60,818 nucleotides of DNA from contig JBDLJW010000001.1 of assembly GCA_039714135.1 (NCBI GenBank), forward strand, positions 1 to 60,818. Reading direction: 5' to 3'. Source of the stretch: Verrucomicrobiota bacterium. Its GTDB lineage: Bacteria; Verrucomicrobiota; Kiritimatiellia; Kiritimatiellales; Pontiellaceae. The notes under the pieces are model-generated. The model saw only the letters and a list, made by a program, of their open reading frames with translations. It was not told where the DNA came from and did not search any database. Below are positions 30,405-41,900 of the stretch, piece by piece (the first letter of the stretch is position 1; the number at the start of each line of letters is the position of its first letter). The position numbers and the translations under genes were made by a program.

Positions 30405-30953
30405 TCAACCCTGGCGGGTTGCAAGTGCTTCTTCCTTGGTGCGCAACTGGCCCAAGGCTTTCATTGTTGCCTTTGTTACGTTCAGGTGGTTGTTACTGCC
30501 CAGCGATTTCGCCAGAACATCACGAACACCAGCAAGCTCCAGCACGGCACGGCACGGACCACCCGCGATGATTCCCGTACCTTCGGAGGCCGGACGAATC
30601 AGAACCTGCGCACCACTGTATTTGCCGATGGCATCGTGTGGCAACGTGGTTCCGCGCATGGTTACGGTTGAGAGGTTGCGCTTGGCCACTTCGCCGGCCT
30701 TGCGGATCGCTTCGGCCACTTCCGCGGCTTTGCCCAGTCCGTATCCAACCCGGCCCTTGCGGTCTCCGACAACAACCAGTGCACCGAAGCTGAACCGACG
30801 ACCACCCTTGACCACTTTGGAGTTGCGGCTGATATGAACAACCCGTTCTTCGAATTCCGGCTTTTCCCGGACTTCCCTCTTATCGTCGCGACGACCCTTG
30901 CGGCCACGGCCGCCTTCACGGCGTCCCCTGCGTTCTGTACGTTCTTCTGCCAT
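30405..30953 (-). CDS. rpsE: 30S ribosomal protein S5
   Basis: [24 protein letters not shown]. Confidence 0.99.
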   Translation of the reverse strand: MAEERTERRGRREGGRGRKGRRDDKREVREKPEFEERVVHISRNSKVVKGGRRFSFGALVVVGDRKGRVGYGLGKAAEVAEAIRKAGEVAKRNLSTVTMRGTTLPHDAIGKYSGAQVLIRPASEGTGIIAGGPCRAVLELAGVRDVLAKSLGSNNHLNVTKATMKALGQLRTKEEALATRQG

Positions 30954-30975
30954 TTAGGAAACTCCTTGAATCTAC

Positions 30976-31311
30976 CTAGAATTTAAGACCCGCTTCGCGT
31001 GCGCTGTCTGCGAGTGCCTTGAGATTACTGCCGAAAGCGAATCCGCCCCGGTCGAACACCACGGTTTCGATGCCTTTGCCCTTAGCCGCCTCAGCAGCCT
31101 TGGAACCCAGCGTTTTTGCTGCTTCGGCATTCTTTCCATCGGAGGAGATGCCTACAATCGTGATGCGGGCATCGTCGTCAATAAACTGAACCGTCAGACG
31201 CTTATTCGAGCGGAAGACCGCCATACGCGGCCGCTCGGCCGTGCCCGCAATTTTGTTGCGCACACGCAGATGCCGACGGATCCTCAAACCTTTTTTCGTT
31301 TTAATACTCAT
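30976..31311 (-). CDS. rplR: 50S ribosomal protein L18
   Basis: [24 protein letters not shown]. Confidence 0.98.
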   Translation of the reverse strand: MSIKTKKGLRIRRHLRVRNKIAGTAERPRMAVFRSNKRLTVQFIDDDARITIVGISSDGKNAEAAKTLGSKAAEAAKGKGIETVVFDRGGFAFGSNLKALADSAREAGLKF

Positions 31312-31313
31312 GA

Positions 31314-31853
31314 TTATGCAACCGCCTTGCCTTCCTTACGGCGAACCTGCTCGTCGGAGTAGCGTACGCCTTTTCCTTTGTACGGCTCAACCGGTGAGTA
31401 GTCACGGATGCGCGCGGCAACCTGTCCCACCAGCTGCTTGTCAATACCTTCAATATCCACGGAGGTACCGCCGCCCTGTACATCAATCTTAATCCCCTCA
31501 GGGATATTGTAGGTGATGTCGTGCGAGTATCCGAGCGACAGAACGATGTCCGCCCCTTTCATCTGGGCCTTGTAACCAACGCCCTCAATCAAAAGCTGCT
31601 TCTTATAGCCGGCACTAACGCCGACAATCATGTTGCTCACAATGCTCCGAACGGTGCCGAACATTGCTGCGCCGTGCTTGGAGTTGTCCGTGCGGGAAAC
31701 CACAACGGAGCTGTCCTCGACCTTCAAAGCAATGCAATCGGGCGCTGTGTAGGAGGTTTCTCCCTTGGACCCTTTCACGGTAACCGTCGCCCCGGTGACT
31801 TCAACTGTCACACCGGCGGGAATCAAAATCGGCTGTTTTCCTACTCTAGACAT
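31314..31853 (-). CDS. rplF: 50S ribosomal protein L6
   Basis: [24 protein letters not shown]. Confidence 0.99.
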   Translation of the reverse strand: MSRVGKQPILIPAGVTVEVTGATVTVKGSKGETSYTAPDCIALKVEDSSVVVSRTDNSKHGAAMFGTVRSIVSNMIVGVSAGYKKQLLIEGVGYKAQMKGADIVLSLGYSHDITYNIPEGIKIDVQGGGTSVDIEGIDKQLVGQVAARIRDYSPVEPYKGKGVRYSDEQVRRKEGKAVA

Positions 31854-31871
31854 AACTTAACCCCAGTTTTC

Positions 31872-32270
31872 CTACCAAACGTAGCAGAGGACTTCGCCTC
31901 CGACCTTTTGCTGTCTGGCTTCGTTGTCGGTCATCACTCCCGAAGAAGTGCTCAAAATGGCAACACCAATCCCGCCCAGTACACGCGGAACCTCATTCGA
32001 AGCCACGTATTTGCGGCAACTGGGCTTGCTGATGCGGCGAAGACCCTGAATGACCGGCTCGCGATCAACCGTATACTTGAGGAAAAGCTTGAGGACGCTT
32101 TTACCGTCTTCGTTTTCCATGGTGTAGTCCTTGATGAAACCTTCCGATTTCAGCAACCGTGCAACCTCACTCTTCATCTTGGAGTGCGGCATCTGCACCG
32201 TTTTCTTCTCCGTCATATTCGCATTGCGAATACGCGTCAACATGTCAGCAATTGGATCCGTTAAAACCAT
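31872..32270 (-). CDS. rpsH: 30S ribosomal protein S8
   Basis: DPIADMLTRIRNA, GGEVLCYVW. Confidence 0.99.
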   Translation of the reverse strand: MVLTDPIADMLTRIRNANMTEKKTVQMPHSKMKSEVARLLKSEGFIKDYTMENEDGKSVLKLFLKYTVDREPVIQGLRRISKPSCRKYVASNEVPRVLGGIGVAILSTSSGVMTDNEARQQKVGGEVLCYVW

Positions 32271-32284
32271 CTTAATACCTTCGC

Positions 32285-32836
32285 TTACTTATTATCCGTC
32301 GTCGCAAACGGCATGCCCATTAACGTCAGAAGCTCTTTGGCTTCACTATCGTTCTTCGCCGAAGTCACAAATGTGATGTCCATGCCATGCACTTTCTTCA
32401 CCTTGTCCGGGTCGATTTCCGGGAATACGGTTTGCTCCTGCATTCCCATGGAATAGTTACCCTGTCCATCGAACGAATTTCCGGGGATGCCACGGAAGTC
32501 GCGGATACGTGGCAACGCCACGTTCACCAAACGATCCATGAATTCATACATCCGGTTGTTGCGCAGGGTCACCTTGGCACCGATCGGCATACCCTCGCGC
32601 AACTTGAAGTTCGACACGCTCATTTTCGCCTTGGTGATCACAGGCTTCTGGCCAGTGATCTTTCCCAAGTCGTCGGCCACGGCCTGAAGGGCATCGCGGT
32701 CATGAGCGAGCGAAACACACAAGTTCAGAACAATCTTCTCGATCTTCGGAACCTGCATCTTATTATTGTAGCCCTGAGTCTTAATCAACTCCGGGGCAAC
32801 CACATCTTTATATTTGGTTTTCATTGTTGGGACCAT
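32285..32836 (-). CDS. rplE: 50S ribosomal protein L5
   Basis: [37 protein letters not shown]. Confidence 0.99.
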   Translation of the reverse strand: MVPTMKTKYKDVVAPELIKTQGYNNKMQVPKIEKIVLNLCVSLAHDRDALQAVADDLGKITGQKPVITKAKMSVSNFKLREGMPIGAKVTLRNNRMYEFMDRLVNVALPRIRDFRGIPGNSFDGQGNYSMGMQEQTVFPEIDPDKVKKVHGMDITFVTSAKNDSEAKELLTLMGMPFATTDNK

Positions 32837-32879
32837 CGAACCCGTCCTCCAAAAAAATCTTGCTCCAATAATGGAACGG

Positions 32880-33116
32880 TTACTTGGAAACCTTCAGATT
32901 GGAAATCGCGATGGAAGCTTCCATATCAACGACTCCGCCCTGCGGATTTTCCTCCGATTTACGCATATGTTTCTTAACGAAATTCACACCTTCGACCAAC
33001 GCACGACCAGTCTGGGGATTGGCCTGGATAACCTTACCGGACTTTCCCTTGTCGTCACCGGCGATCACGGTAACGGTGTCGCCCTTCTTGATATGGCATT
33101 TTACAGCATTCTTCAT
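32880..33116 (-). CDS. rplX: 50S ribosomal protein L24 (short form)
   Basis: KOW motif [37 protein letters not shown]. Confidence 0.96.
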   Translation of the reverse strand: MKNAVKCHIKKGDTVTVIAGDDKGKSGKVIQANPQTGRALVEGVNFVKKHMRKSEENPQGGVVDMEASIAISNLKVSK

Positions 33117-33136
33117 CTTAAATTCCTTCCGATGCG

Positions 33137-33502
33137 CTACAGCACTTCCGGTGCGAGCGATACAACCTTCATGAAATCATTATCGCGAAGCTCGCGGGCA
33201 ACCGGTCCGAAGATGCGGGTCCCACGCGGGTTGTTGTTGTCATCGATAATTACAGCAGCATTACCATCGAAGCGCAGGCACGAACCGTCGGAACGACGGA
33301 TAGTGTTCTTCGTGCGGACGATCACCGCTTTGCAAAGTTCACCCTTTTTAACAACGCCGTTGGGCTGGGCTTCCTTCACCGTTACGCGGATGACTTCGCC
33401 AACGCGGGCAAATTTACGCTTGGTTCCGAGAACACGGATACACATGACGCTACGGGCGCCCGAGTTATCCGCTACTTTTAAACGTGTTTGTTCCAAAATC
33501 AT
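33137..33502 (-). CDS. rplN: 50S ribosomal protein L14
   Basis: [26 protein letters not shown]. Confidence 0.99.
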   Translation of the reverse strand: MILEQTRLKVADNSGARSVMCIRVLGTKRKFARVGEVIRVTVKEAQPNGVVKKGELCKAVIVRTKNTIRRSDGSCLRFDGNAAVIIDDNNNPRGTRIFGPVARELRDNDFMKVVSLAPEVL

Positions 33503-33513
33503 CGGATTCTACC

Positions 33514-33780
33514 CTATTTAGAAGATTCAGAAATAATGTCCACCAAACGCCAGCGTTTCAAACGGCTGAGCGGGCGGGTCTCCATCACACGGACCACATC
33601 GCCAACCTTGGCGCGGTTTTCCTCGTCGTGGGCGTGGACTTTCTTCGCAATACGGACTTCCTTCCCGTAGAGCGGGTGGCGTACACGCCGTTCAATCATC
33701 ACGACGATGGTCTTGTCGGCCTTGTCGCTACAAACGCGACCTTCGCGCGTTTTCCTCAAATGTCTTTTAGCCTCTTCCAT
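33514..33780 (-). CDS. rpsQ: 30S ribosomal protein S17
   Basis: [23 protein letters not shown]. Start at 33780. Confidence 0.98.
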   Translation of the reverse strand: MEEAKRHLRKTREGRVCSDKADKTIVVMIERRVRHPLYGKEVRIAKKVHAHDEENRAKVGDVVRVMETRPLSRLKRWRLVDIISESSK

Positions 33781-33784
33781 ACCT

Positions 33785-33976
33785 TTACCCTTCAACTTTC
33801 TGGTTCTGGATGGTTTTGATGCGGGCGACCGAGCGGCGCAACTCCTTCAAACGTGCCGGATTCTCCAACTGCCCCGACACCTGCTGAAGTTGCAGGTTGA
33901 ACTGCTCCTTCTTGATGTCCTGCAGCTGCTGATTCAGCTCTTCCATCGTCATTTCCTTGAGATCTTTTACTTTCAT
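33785..33976 (-). CDS. rpmC: 50S ribosomal protein L29
   Basis: [22 protein letters not shown]; canonical position. Confidence 0.97.
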   Translation of the reverse strand: MKVKDLKEMTMEELNQQLQDIKKEQFNLQLQQVSGQLENPARLKELRRSVARIKTIQNQKVEG

Positions 33977-33991
33977 GGCAAATCCTGTCGA

Positions 33992-34411
33992 TTAATCGTG
34001 GGCGTGCCGCTGAACGAAACGGGCGCGGACCGGCAACTTGGTGGCCGCAAGACGCAGACACTCCTTCGCCAGCGATTCCGGCACACCATCCAGCTCGAAC
34101 AACATGGTTCCGGGCTTGATGACGGAGACCCATTGGTCAACGGCACCTTTACCTTTACCCATACGCACTTCCAGTGGTTTTTTCGTAATCGGCTTATCGG
34201 GGAAGATGCGAATCCACAGCTTTCCCTTACGTTTCATGGCACGGTTGGCAGCCACACGGCACGCTTCAATCTGGACCGCTGTGATCCATCCACGTTCCAA
34301 GGACTGGAGACCGTACTCTCCATAGGCCAGCTGGTTTCCCGTCATGGCGAGACCCTTGCGCGAACCGCGCTGGACTTTCCTAAATTTCACTCTTTTCGGC
34401 ATCAAAGGCAT
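33992..34411 (-). CDS. rplP: 50S ribosomal protein L16
   Basis: [24 protein letters not shown]. Confidence 0.99.
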   Translation of the reverse strand: MPLMPKRVKFRKVQRGSRKGLAMTGNQLAYGEYGLQSLERGWITAVQIEACRVAANRAMKRKGKLWIRIFPDKPITKKPLEVRMGKGKGAVDQWVSVIKPGTMLFELDGVPESLAKECLRLAATKLPVRARFVQRHAHD

Positions 34412-34422
34412 CGGTCAAACTC

Positions 34423-35055
34423 CTAGGCTTTCGTTTCGGCTTCCTTGCAGATCCACACCTTGATTCCGATGATTCCTGCAACGGTGTTCGCCTCCGTTGT
34501 TCCATAGTCAATGTTCGCGCGCAGCGTGTGTAGCGGAATCTTACCTTCCTTATAGCTTTCTGAACGCGCGATTTCCGCTCCATTGAGACGACCCGCAGCC
34601 AGCACCTTGATTCCAAGGGCGCCATTATCCATCGCCATTTGGATCGCACGTTTCATGGCGCGACGGTGGGAAACGCGGCGCTCAAGCTGCATGGCAACAT
34701 TTTCAGCCACGAGTTGCGCATCCAGATCCGGCTTCTTAACTTCGGCAATCTCTACATAGACTTCTTTACCGGTAAGCTTTGCAAGAACCTCGCGCAACTT
34801 GTCGATATCCTCGCCCTTGCGGCCGATAACAAGCCCCGGTCGTGCGGTCTTGATCGTCACACGGATACGATTGGCATAGCGCTCGATATAAACATCTGAC
34901 ACCGCGGCATCCTTGAGACGGCCCATGACCTTCTCGCGAATCACAATATCTTCTTTAAGCAATGTTCCGAAATTCCGCTTGTCAGCGAACCAGCGCGAAC
35001 GCCAATCCTTGTTTAAAGCAAGCCGGAACCCAATTGGATTTACTTTCTGACCCAA
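34423..35055 (-). CDS. rpsC: 30S ribosomal protein S3
   Basis: [11 protein letters not shown] (TTG start), [21 protein letters not shown]. Confidence 0.99.
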   Translation of the reverse strand: MGQKVNPIGFRLALNKDWRSRWFADKRNFGTLLKEDIVIREKVMGRLKDAAVSDVYIERYANRIRVTIKTARPGLVIGRKGEDIDKLREVLAKLTGKEVYVEIAEVKKPDLDAQLVAENVAMQLERRVSHRRAMKRAIQMAMDNGALGIKVLAAGRLNGAEIARSESYKEGKIPLHTLRANIDYGTTEANTVAGIIGIKVWICKEAETKA

Positions 35056-35074
35056 AACGGTCTCCTTTCGTCAA

Positions 35075-35410
35075 CTACGCGTTGTCGGTTAAAATTACGG
35101 TTATATGGCTAGTCTTCTTCTGAATCGGACTGGCCATGCCTCTTGCACGAGGGCGGAAGCGCTTCATCATCGGTCCGCCATCTACAATTGCGTTCTTTAC
35201 ATACAGGCTATCGACCGATAGTCCCTCGTTGTTCTCGGCATTTGCAATAGCCGACTTCAAGGTCTTCCCGATCTGAAGAGCAGCCTTGCGAGCGTTAAAC
35301 TCGGTAATGCGCAATGCATCCGCAACGGGCAAACCCTTGATTTCGTTTGCCAAATCGCGCGCCTTAGTGGGCGACATTTTCACATATTTGGTTGTTGCTG
35401 ACACTTCCAT
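35075..35410 (-). CDS. rplV: 50S ribosomal protein L22
   Basis: SAIANAENN, RFRPRARG, SHITV. Start at 35410. Confidence 0.98.
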   Translation of the reverse strand: MEVSATTKYVKMSPTKARDLANEIKGLPVADALRITEFNARKAALQIGKTLKSAIANAENNEGLSVDSLYVKNAIVDGGPMMKRFRPRARGMASPIQKKTSHITVILTDNA

Positions 35411-35500
35411 AGTGTTCTCACTCTCGATTATGTCCACGGTGTAAAGGGCGGACAGTCTACGTAAATGGTTTCTAAAATCCAGTACTTCCTTCCAAAAAAA

Positions 35501-35779
35501 TTACCGGGCGGTCTTATCCGTTGCCATACCGTGGGTTCTGAACCCGCGAGTAGGCGAAAACTCGCCCAGCTTATGGCCGACCATGTTCTCTGTAACGAAT
35601 ACCGGAACGAATACCTTGCCGTTGTGAACATTGAAGGTATGGCCTACAAACTCCGGAACAATCATGGAACTACGGTACCAAGTCTTGATCGGGGCTTTGC
35701 GTCCCGTTTCATCCATCTTCCTAACCTTCTTCACCAGCTTGGCGGCAACAAAAGGTCCTTTTTTCAGTGAACGTGCCAT
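35501..35779 (-). CDS. rpsS: 30S ribosomal protein S19
   Basis: [23 protein letters not shown]. Confidence 0.99.
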   Translation of the reverse strand: MARSLKKGPFVAAKLVKKVRKMDETGRKAPIKTWYRSSMIVPEFVGHTFNVHNGKVFVPVFVTENMVGHKLGEFSPTRGFRTHGMATDKTAR

Positions 35780-35781
35780 GA

Positions 35782-36609
35782 CTATTTACTCCTCCGTTCA
35801 ACAATATACTTGTTCGTCGACTTGTGCTTGTCGCGAGTGCGCTTGCCCTTGGCCAACAGACCCCATGGGGACTTCGGATGACCGCCACCAGAGGTACGGC
35901 CCTCACCACCACCCATCGGATGGTCTACCGGGTTCATCGCAACACCGCGGACGGTCGGACGAATGCCCAACCAGCGCTTGCGGCCGGCCTTACCCATTAC
36001 GATGCTGTTGTGCTCAACATTGCCTACGCGACCAACCGTAGCGTAGCAGTTGGTACGGATGAGGCGGATCTCGCCCGAAGGCATCTTGATATTCGCAAAA
36101 TCCTCTTCACGGGACATCAGCTGCGCGGATGTTCCGGCGGAACGAACCAGCTGTCCGCCGCGACCGGCGATCAGCTCAATGTTATGTACGGCCATGCCGA
36201 CCGGAATCTTGCCCAGCGGCAACGCATTGCCCAGTGCGGGCTCCACGTCAGGGCCGGAAACGATGGTGCTTTCCACCTGCAGGCCAGCCGGTGCAATAAT
36301 GTAGCGCTTTTCGCCGTCCGCATAATGCAACAGCGCAATACGCGCGGAGCGGTTCGGATCGTACTCAATCGCGGCTACCTTGGCGGGAATGCCAAACTTT
36401 TCGCGCTTGAAGTCGATCACACGGTAGCGGCGCTTATGCCCGCCGCCACGATGGCGAACCGAGATTCGACCAGCGCTGTTGCGTCCGGCCTTGCTTTTCT
36501 TGGCCTTGACCAGCGAACGCTCAGGCGTTGCCTTGGTAATGTCCGCAAAATCGGACAACACCATATGCCGGCGGCTCGGGGTGTATGGTTTATGTGCTTT
36601 TAAACCCAT
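35782..36609 (-). CDS. rplB: 50S ribosomal protein L2
   Basis: [26 protein letters not shown]. Confidence 0.99.
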   Translation of the reverse strand: MGLKAHKPYTPSRRHMVLSDFADITKATPERSLVKAKKSKAGRNSAGRISVRHRGGGHKRRYRVIDFKREKFGIPAKVAAIEYDPNRSARIALLHYADGEKRYIIAPAGLQVESTIVSGPDVEPALGNALPLGKIPVGMAVHNIELIAGRGGQLVRSAGTSAQLMSREEDFANIKMPSGEIRLIRTNCYATVGRVGNVEHNSIVMGKAGRKRWLGIRPTVRGVAMNPVDHPMGGGEGRTSGGGHPKSPWGLLAKGKRTRDKHKSTNKYIVERRSK

Positions 36610-36621
36610 TGCAAAAACTCC

Positions 36622-36906
36622 TTAGATCAGGTTGATACTGTCTTCTTCATGCAAGGAGACAACGGCACGCTTCCACGAAGCCGTTATTCCGTACTTGGCA
36701 GTGCGCTGGCGCTTCTTCTTGCCTTTTCGGCGCATCGTATTGACGGCCATAACACGGACGTTGAATAGCTCTTCCACTGCCTTCTTGATTTCCAACTTGT
36801 TGGCTTCTTTGGCCACGCGGAAGAGATACTGGTTCTGATCCTCCGAAAGGCGCGTGCCCTTTTCCGTCAACAAAATCTTTTTGATTACATCAGCTGAATT
36901 CTTCAT
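36622..36906 (-). CDS. rplW: 50S ribosomal protein L23
   Basis: LTEK, ANKLEIKKAVE, VNT, WKRAVV. Start at 36906. Confidence 0.98.
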   Translation of the reverse strand: MKNSADVIKKILLTEKGTRLSEDQNQYLFRVAKEANKLEIKKAVEELFNVRVMAVNTMRRKGKKKRQRTAKYGITASWKRAVVSLHEEDSINLI

Positions 36907-36919
36907 ATCGACGATTCCT

Positions 36920-37543
36920 TTATGCCAGGCGTTTTTCCAGCGCTTCCATGCCGGCCTTGGTTGCAACTACGTTCTTGTAGCGCAGCAGCTGGTAGGTGTT
37001 GGCCAGATCGGCGGTAACAATCTCAACCTTCGGAATGTTCCGTGCGGCCAGCAGCACATTGTCGTTGTTTTCATTAACAATGAACAGCGCGCCACGGTCC
37101 AGCCCCAGATTCTTCATCACGGCGGCGAACTCCTTGCTCTTCGGAGCAGAAACCGTCAGATCATCGATCACAGTGATTTCGCCCTGGTCGACCTTGGCGC
37201 TGAACGCGCGCTGGAAGGCCAGCTTGGTGACTTTCTTCGAAAGCTTCTTCTTATACTTGCGCGGCTGCGGTCCATGCGCAACATAACCGCCGCGCCAAAC
37301 GTTGGACTGCTTGTAACCGGCACGTGCGCGGCCGAGGCCCTTCTGCTTCCAAGGCTTGGTACCCGTTCCGGAAACATTGGACTTGCTAAGGGTCGATGCG
37401 GTTCCGGCGCGCTGATGTGCAGTGTATGCAACAACCGCTTCGTGGACCGCCTGATCGCCCTTGTCGAGAACGAGGAGATTGTCTGCGACTTCGTACTCGC
37501 CGACGCTGTCTCCCTTAATACTTTTTAAAGGTAGTTTGCTCAT
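36920..37543 (-). CDS. rplD: 50S ribosomal protein L4
   Basis: KPWKQKGLGRARAG, WRGG..HGPQPR. Confidence 0.99.
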   Translation of the reverse strand: MSKLPLKSIKGDSVGEYEVADNLLVLDKGDQAVHEAVVAYTAHQRAGTASTLSKSNVSGTGTKPWKQKGLGRARAGYKQSNVWRGGYVAHGPQPRKYKKKLSKKVTKLAFQRAFSAKVDQGEITVIDDLTVSAPKSKEFAAVMKNLGLDRGALFIVNENNDNVLLAARNIPKVEIVTADLANTYQLLRYKNVVATKAGMEALEKRLA

Positions 37544-37555
37544 GATCTTCCTCGC

Positions 37556-38188
37556 TTACTTCTTTTTGAGCGCTTCCTGGATGACTACAATGCCGCCATT
37601 CGCACCCGGGACAGAGCCCTTAACGAGAATGAGGTTTTCTTCCGGGCGAACCTGTACAATCTTGAGGTTCTGCGTGGTGACGCGCTTGTCGCCCATCTGC
37701 CCCGGCATCTTCTTGCCCTTGAATACGCGGGCCGGAAATTCACACATGCCGATCGAACCCGGACGACGGGTCCATCCGCCACCGTGGCTCGCACGACCGC
37801 CGCCAAAGTTGTAGCGTTTTACAACACCCTGATAGCCGCGACCCTTTCCGGTAGCAACGATATCGACATAATTGACTTCCTCGAATGCACTGGCGCTAAC
37901 AACATCGCCAACAGCAACCTCGGCGGATTCGTCAACGCGGAACTCTCTGAGCACACGCTTGGCGTCAACGCCGGCCTTCTTGAACTGTCCCAGATCCGGC
38001 TTGTTCAGACGCTGTTCCTTCTGATCCCCGAAACCAAGCTGCACAGCAGTGTAGCCGTCTTTTTCGTTATCCTTGCGCTGAACAACAACGCACGGCCCCG
38101 CTTCGATGACCGTCACCGGAACCGCAGCTCCACTTTCGTCATAGACGGAGGTCATCCCTAGTTTTTTTCCAATTAAACCCTTCATCAT
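37556..38188 (-). CDS. rplC: 50S ribosomal protein L3
   Basis: GKKLGMT, KGRGYQGVVKR, RRPGSIG, KGSVPG. Confidence 0.99.
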   Translation of the reverse strand: MMKGLIGKKLGMTSVYDESGAAVPVTVIEAGPCVVVQRKDNEKDGYTAVQLGFGDQKEQRLNKPDLGQFKKAGVDAKRVLREFRVDESAEVAVGDVVSASAFEEVNYVDIVATGKGRGYQGVVKRYNFGGGRASHGGGWTRRPGSIGMCEFPARVFKGKKMPGQMGDKRVTTQNLKIVQVRPEENLILVKGSVPGANGGIVVIQEALKKK

Positions 38189-38196
38189 AGCACCAC

Positions 38197-38505
38197 TTAG
38201 ATTTTAATAGTGATATCCACGCCAGCCGGCAGATTAAGCTTCTTAAGTTCATCAACCGTCTTGATCGTCGGATCGATGATATCCAGCAAACGCTTGTGCG
38301 TGCGGATCTCGAACTGTTCCATGGCCTTCTTGTTCACGTGCGGGCTCTTGTTTACCGTGAAACGCTCAATGCGGGTCGGCAACGGAATCGGACCTGCCAC
38401 ACGTGCGCCCGTCCGGCGAGCCGTTTCTACAATCTCCGAGGCCGAAACATCGAGCACCCTGTGATCGAACGACTTCAACCGAATTCTAATACGTTGATTT
38501 ATCAT
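38197..38505 (-). CDS. rpsJ: 30S ribosomal protein S10
   Basis: [28 protein letters not shown]. Confidence 0.99.
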   Translation of the reverse strand: MINQRIRIRLKSFDHRVLDVSASEIVETARRTGARVAGPIPLPTRIERFTVNKSPHVNKKAMEQFEIRTHKRLLDIIDPTIKTVDELKKLNLPAGVDITIKI

Positions 38506-38513
38506 AATTTATC

Positions 38514-40649
38514 TCACCGATTTAGGATGGAGTCCTGCATGGACGCGGGAACCGATTCAAACGCTTGCGGCTCCATCGTATAACTTGCTCTACCCTTTGT
38601 TAATGAACGCAACGTCGTTGCATATCCAAAAACCTCCGCAAGCGGAACATCCGCCTGCACTACTTGTATATCTGCCAAAGCCTTGATTTCGCGAACACGA
38701 CCACGGCGGCTGTTCAGGTCGCCCAGCACGTCGCCTAGATGTTCTTCAGGGGTATCGATCTCGAGCAACATTACCGGCTCGAGCAACATGGGTCCGGAAT
38801 TTGATACCGCCTCGCGCAATGCCATAACCGCCGCCGAACGGAATGCCACCTCTGTGGAGTCCGTTGCGTGGGTCTGGCCGCCAACCACCGACACCTTTGT
38901 ATCAATGATCGCAAAGTTACCCAGCACGCCGGTCATCAACGCATCATTGATCCCCTCTTCAATCCCCTTGCGGTATTCTTCGGGGATGATCTTGCTGGAA
39001 ACGTCGAATTCGATGCTGTTGCCTGCACCCGCAGATGCCGGGGAAACCGAAAGGGTCAAGCTTGCAAAATGGGTTTCTCCACCGATCTCACGCTCAAAAG
39101 TAAAGCGACCCTCGCCCTTCGCGGAAACACTCTCGCGATAGGCGACCATCGGCTTGCCCGCATTGGCCTGCACCTTGTATTCGCGCAGGATGCGATCCTT
39201 GATGATTTCCAAGTGGAGCTCACCCATGCCCTGAATAATGGTCTGCCCCGTCTCCTCGTGAATAGAGGTATGGAACGTAGGATCCTCATCGGCCATATCC
39301 TGAAGCGCATCAACCAAGGCATCCTTGTCGGCCGTGGTCTTTGGCTCGATAGCCATGGAAATTACCGGCTCCGGAAACTCGATGTTTTCCAGAACAATGG
39401 GGTCGTTTTCGGCGCAAACCGTGTCGCCGGTAGTAAATAGTTTCTGACCAACCATGCCGCCGATTTCGCCGGCATACAAAACCTCGACATCCTCGCGGTG
39501 ATTAGCGTGCAGGCGCAGAAGGCGCCCAATACGTTCGCGCTTCTTCGTGCGCGGATTATAGATGTTCTGCCCTTTTTTCAGCTGGCCGGCATAGATGCGG
39601 ACAAACGCCAGCTTGCCGACAAACTTATCGGTCGTCATCTTAAAGACGAGGCCGGTCAGCGGATCAAAGTCAGAGGCTTCACGGTCCAGCTCTGCATCAT
39701 TCTTTGGAGAAGTTCCAACCACAGCCGGAATATCGAGCGGAGAAGGCAGGTATCCAACAACAGCGTCGAGCAGAGGCTGCACGCCCTTGTTTTTCAGAGA
39801 GGAACCAACCAGCACCGGAACAAGGTGGTTGGCGATAGTGGCACGGCGGAGGGCTTCGATCAGTGCCTGCTCGGAAACATCACTGTTTTCCATATAGGCT
39901 TCGAGCAGTTCCTCGTCAACCTCGGCAACCTTTTCAATCAATTCAGCGCGAGCTTCCTCGGCCTTGGCCGCCAGCCCGGAAGGAATATCGGTGTATTCCA
40001 CCTTCGAGCCCATGTCGTCTTCAGAAAAAGTGATTCCGCGCATCTTGACAAGATCGACCACACCGTTAAAGGTTTCGGCTGCACCGACCGGCAACTGGAT
40101 GGCCACGGCGTTTGCGCCGAGCTTGTCGCGCATTTCGTCGAGCACCTTGTCGAAATCGGCACCCATGCGGTCCATCTTGTTCACGAAGGCAAGGCGCGGA
40201 ACGCTGTACTTCGTGGCCTGGCGCCAAACCGTCTCGGACTGCGGCTGAACTCCACCTACGGCACAAAAAACGCCCACTGCGCCGTCAAGTACGCGCAATG
40301 AACGTTCAACCTCCACGGTGAAATCCACGTGGCCGGGGGTGTCGATGATATTGATCTGATGATCGTTCCAAAAACAGGTGGTGGCAGCGGAAGTAATTGT
40401 GATGCCGCGCTCCTGCTCCTGAATCATCCAGTCCATGGTGGCAGTTCCGTCGTGAACCTCGCCAATCTTGTGGACCTTGCCGCTGTAGTAGAGAATGCGT
40501 TCCGACGTGGTCGTCTTACCGGCATCGATGTGCGCCACGATGCCGATGTTGCGAACAACAGACAAAGCATGCCCGCGGCCTTCGGCTTCCCGGGGGGAAT
40601 CCGAATTCCTAGCTTCGCTTTTATTCTGCTGTTTCACGGCGGTGGACAT
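38514..40649 (-). CDS. fusA: Elongation factor G
   Basis: [45 protein letters not shown]. Confidence 0.99.
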   Translation of the reverse strand: MSTAVKQQNKSEARNSDSPREAEGRGHALSVVRNIGIVAHIDAGKTTTSERILYYSGKVHKIGEVHDGTATMDWMIQEQERGITITSAATTCFWNDHQINIIDTPGHVDFTVEVERSLRVLDGAVGVFCAVGGVQPQSETVWRQATKYSVPRLAFVNKMDRMGADFDKVLDEMRDKLGANAVAIQLPVGAAETFNGVVDLVKMRGITFSEDDMGSKVEYTDIPSGLAAKAEEARAELIEKVAEVDEELLEAYMENSDVSEQALIEALRRATIANHLVPVLVGSSLKNKGVQPLLDAVVGYLPSPLDIPAVVGTSPKNDAELDREASDFDPLTGLVFKMTTDKFVGKLAFVRIYAGQLKKGQNIYNPRTKKRERIGRLLRLHANHREDVEVLYAGEIGGMVGQKLFTTGDTVCAENDPIVLENIEFPEPVISMAIEPKTTADKDALVDALQDMADEDPTFHTSIHEETGQTIIQGMGELHLEIIKDRILREYKVQANAGKPMVAYRESVSAKGEGRFTFEREIGGETHFASLTLSVSPASAGAGNSIEFDVSSKIIPEEYRKGIEEGINDALMTGVLGNFAIIDTKVSVVGGQTHATDSTEVAFRSAAVMALREAVSNSGPMLLEPVMLLEIDTPEEHLGDVLGDLNSRRGRVREIKALADIQVVQADVPLAEVFGYATTLRSLTKGRASYTMEPQAFESVPASMQDSILNR

Positions 40650-40676
40650 TCTCTTTCTTTCAATTAATGGGATTGC

Positions 40677-41150
40677 TTACCAGCGGTAGTGTGCAAAGGC
40701 CTTGTTGGCCTGAGCCATCTTATGCGTGTCGTCGCGCTTCTTGATCGCGTTGCCCTGCCCGCGATAGGCGTCCATCATTTCCATGGCAAGTGCACGGCGC
40801 ATGGGAACTCCACGGCGGTTTTGCGCAAACTGGATCAACCAACGGGCTGCAAGGGCAACCTGGCGCTTCGGGCGCACTTCCAGCGGCACCTGATAGGTGG
40901 CACCACCCACACGACGGGACTTCACTTCCAGTCGGGGAGATACGTTTTCGATCGCCTGGGAGAAAACCGTAATGGGATCTTCGTCCTTGATCTGACTCTT
41001 AATATCCTCGATGGCGCCATACACGATGTTGGCGGCGGTCGACTTCTTGCCGCGCTGCATCACGGAATTGATCATGTACGCAACCAGCTCGTTGCCGTAG
41101 CGCGGATCCGGAATGACTTCTCTTTTTTCAGCTCTGCGTCTTCTTGCCAT
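40677..41150 (-). CDS. rpsG: 30S ribosomal protein S7
   Basis: RRVGGATYQVP, HKMAQANKAFAHYRW. Confidence 0.99.
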   Translation of the reverse strand: MARRRRAEKREVIPDPRYGNELVAYMINSVMQRGKKSTAANIVYGAIEDIKSQIKDEDPITVFSQAIENVSPRLEVKSRRVGGATYQVPLEVRPKRQVALAARWLIQFAQNRRGVPMRRALAMEMMDAYRGQGNAIKKRDDTHKMAQANKAFAHYRW

Positions 41151-41164
41151 AATTCAAACTCTCG

Positions 41165-41536
41165 TTATTTAGGTCTCTTTGCACCATACTTCGAACGACC
41201 GCGCTTGCGTCCGTCCACTCCAAGGCAGTCCAAGGCGCCGCGGACAATGTGGTAACGCACACCCGGCAAGTCTTTCACCCTGCCGCCGCGAACCAGCACC
41301 ATGCTATGCTCCTGAAGGTTATGCCCCTCTCCGGGAATATACGCGTTGATCTCTTTACCGTTCGTCAAACGAACACGCGCAACCTTACGCAAAGCCGAGT
41401 TCGGCTTCTTTGGGGTCTGCGTCTTAACAAGCAAACATACCCCCCGGCGCTGCGGGCAGGTTGTCAGTGCGGGCGATTTGCTTTTCTTCTTAGCAACCGC
41501 TCGCGGTTTTCTTACCAACTGATTGATTGTAGGCAT
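41165..41536 (-). CDS. rpsL: 30S ribosomal protein S12
   Basis: [29 protein letters not shown]. Start at 41536. Confidence 0.99.
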   Translation of the reverse strand: MPTINQLVRKPRAVAKKKSKSPALTTCPQRRGVCLLVKTQTPKKPNSALRKVARVRLTNGKEINAYIPGEGHNLQEHSMVLVRGGRVKDLPGVRYHIVRGALDCLGVDGRKRGRSKYGAKRPK

Positions 41537-41846
41537 AAATATCCCTTCCTTAAAAAAGACAAGCGCAGGAGAGTAGTCATCCCCTACACGCATCGCAAGC
41601 GAAAGATTTCACTTTATTTAATATTATTCCCTACGTTTCGCGCTTCTCGCGGCGGTCCAATTGATTGCGCCACACTCCACACAAACTCCGAGAAAGGTGC
41701 GTACAATAGACAGTTTCCCGGAAGATGCCAGATAAAAGTTTCTAAAATTTCAACTCTGGACCTTGAAGCCTCCCACACAACAGCACTCGACCCTGAAAAC
41801 AGGGATATTCCCCCGATACATCAGGGCATCATCGGACGGGGCGGGA

Positions 41847-41878
41847 AAACAAAAAAGGCGGAGCTAGTGCTCCGCCTT
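41847..41878 (-). terminator. Intrinsic terminator after rpoC
   Basis: AAGGCGGAGC TAGT GCTCCGCCTT hairpin followed on the minus strand by TTTTGTTTT. Confidence 0.85.
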
Positions 41879-41900
41879 CTGGTGTATTTATGGGATTCCC

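Noticed and set aside
41537-41846. Long rpoC-rpsL spacer as an ncRNA or small ORF
   Set aside because: No recognisable structured RNA or convincing ORF; consistent with a promoter and leader.
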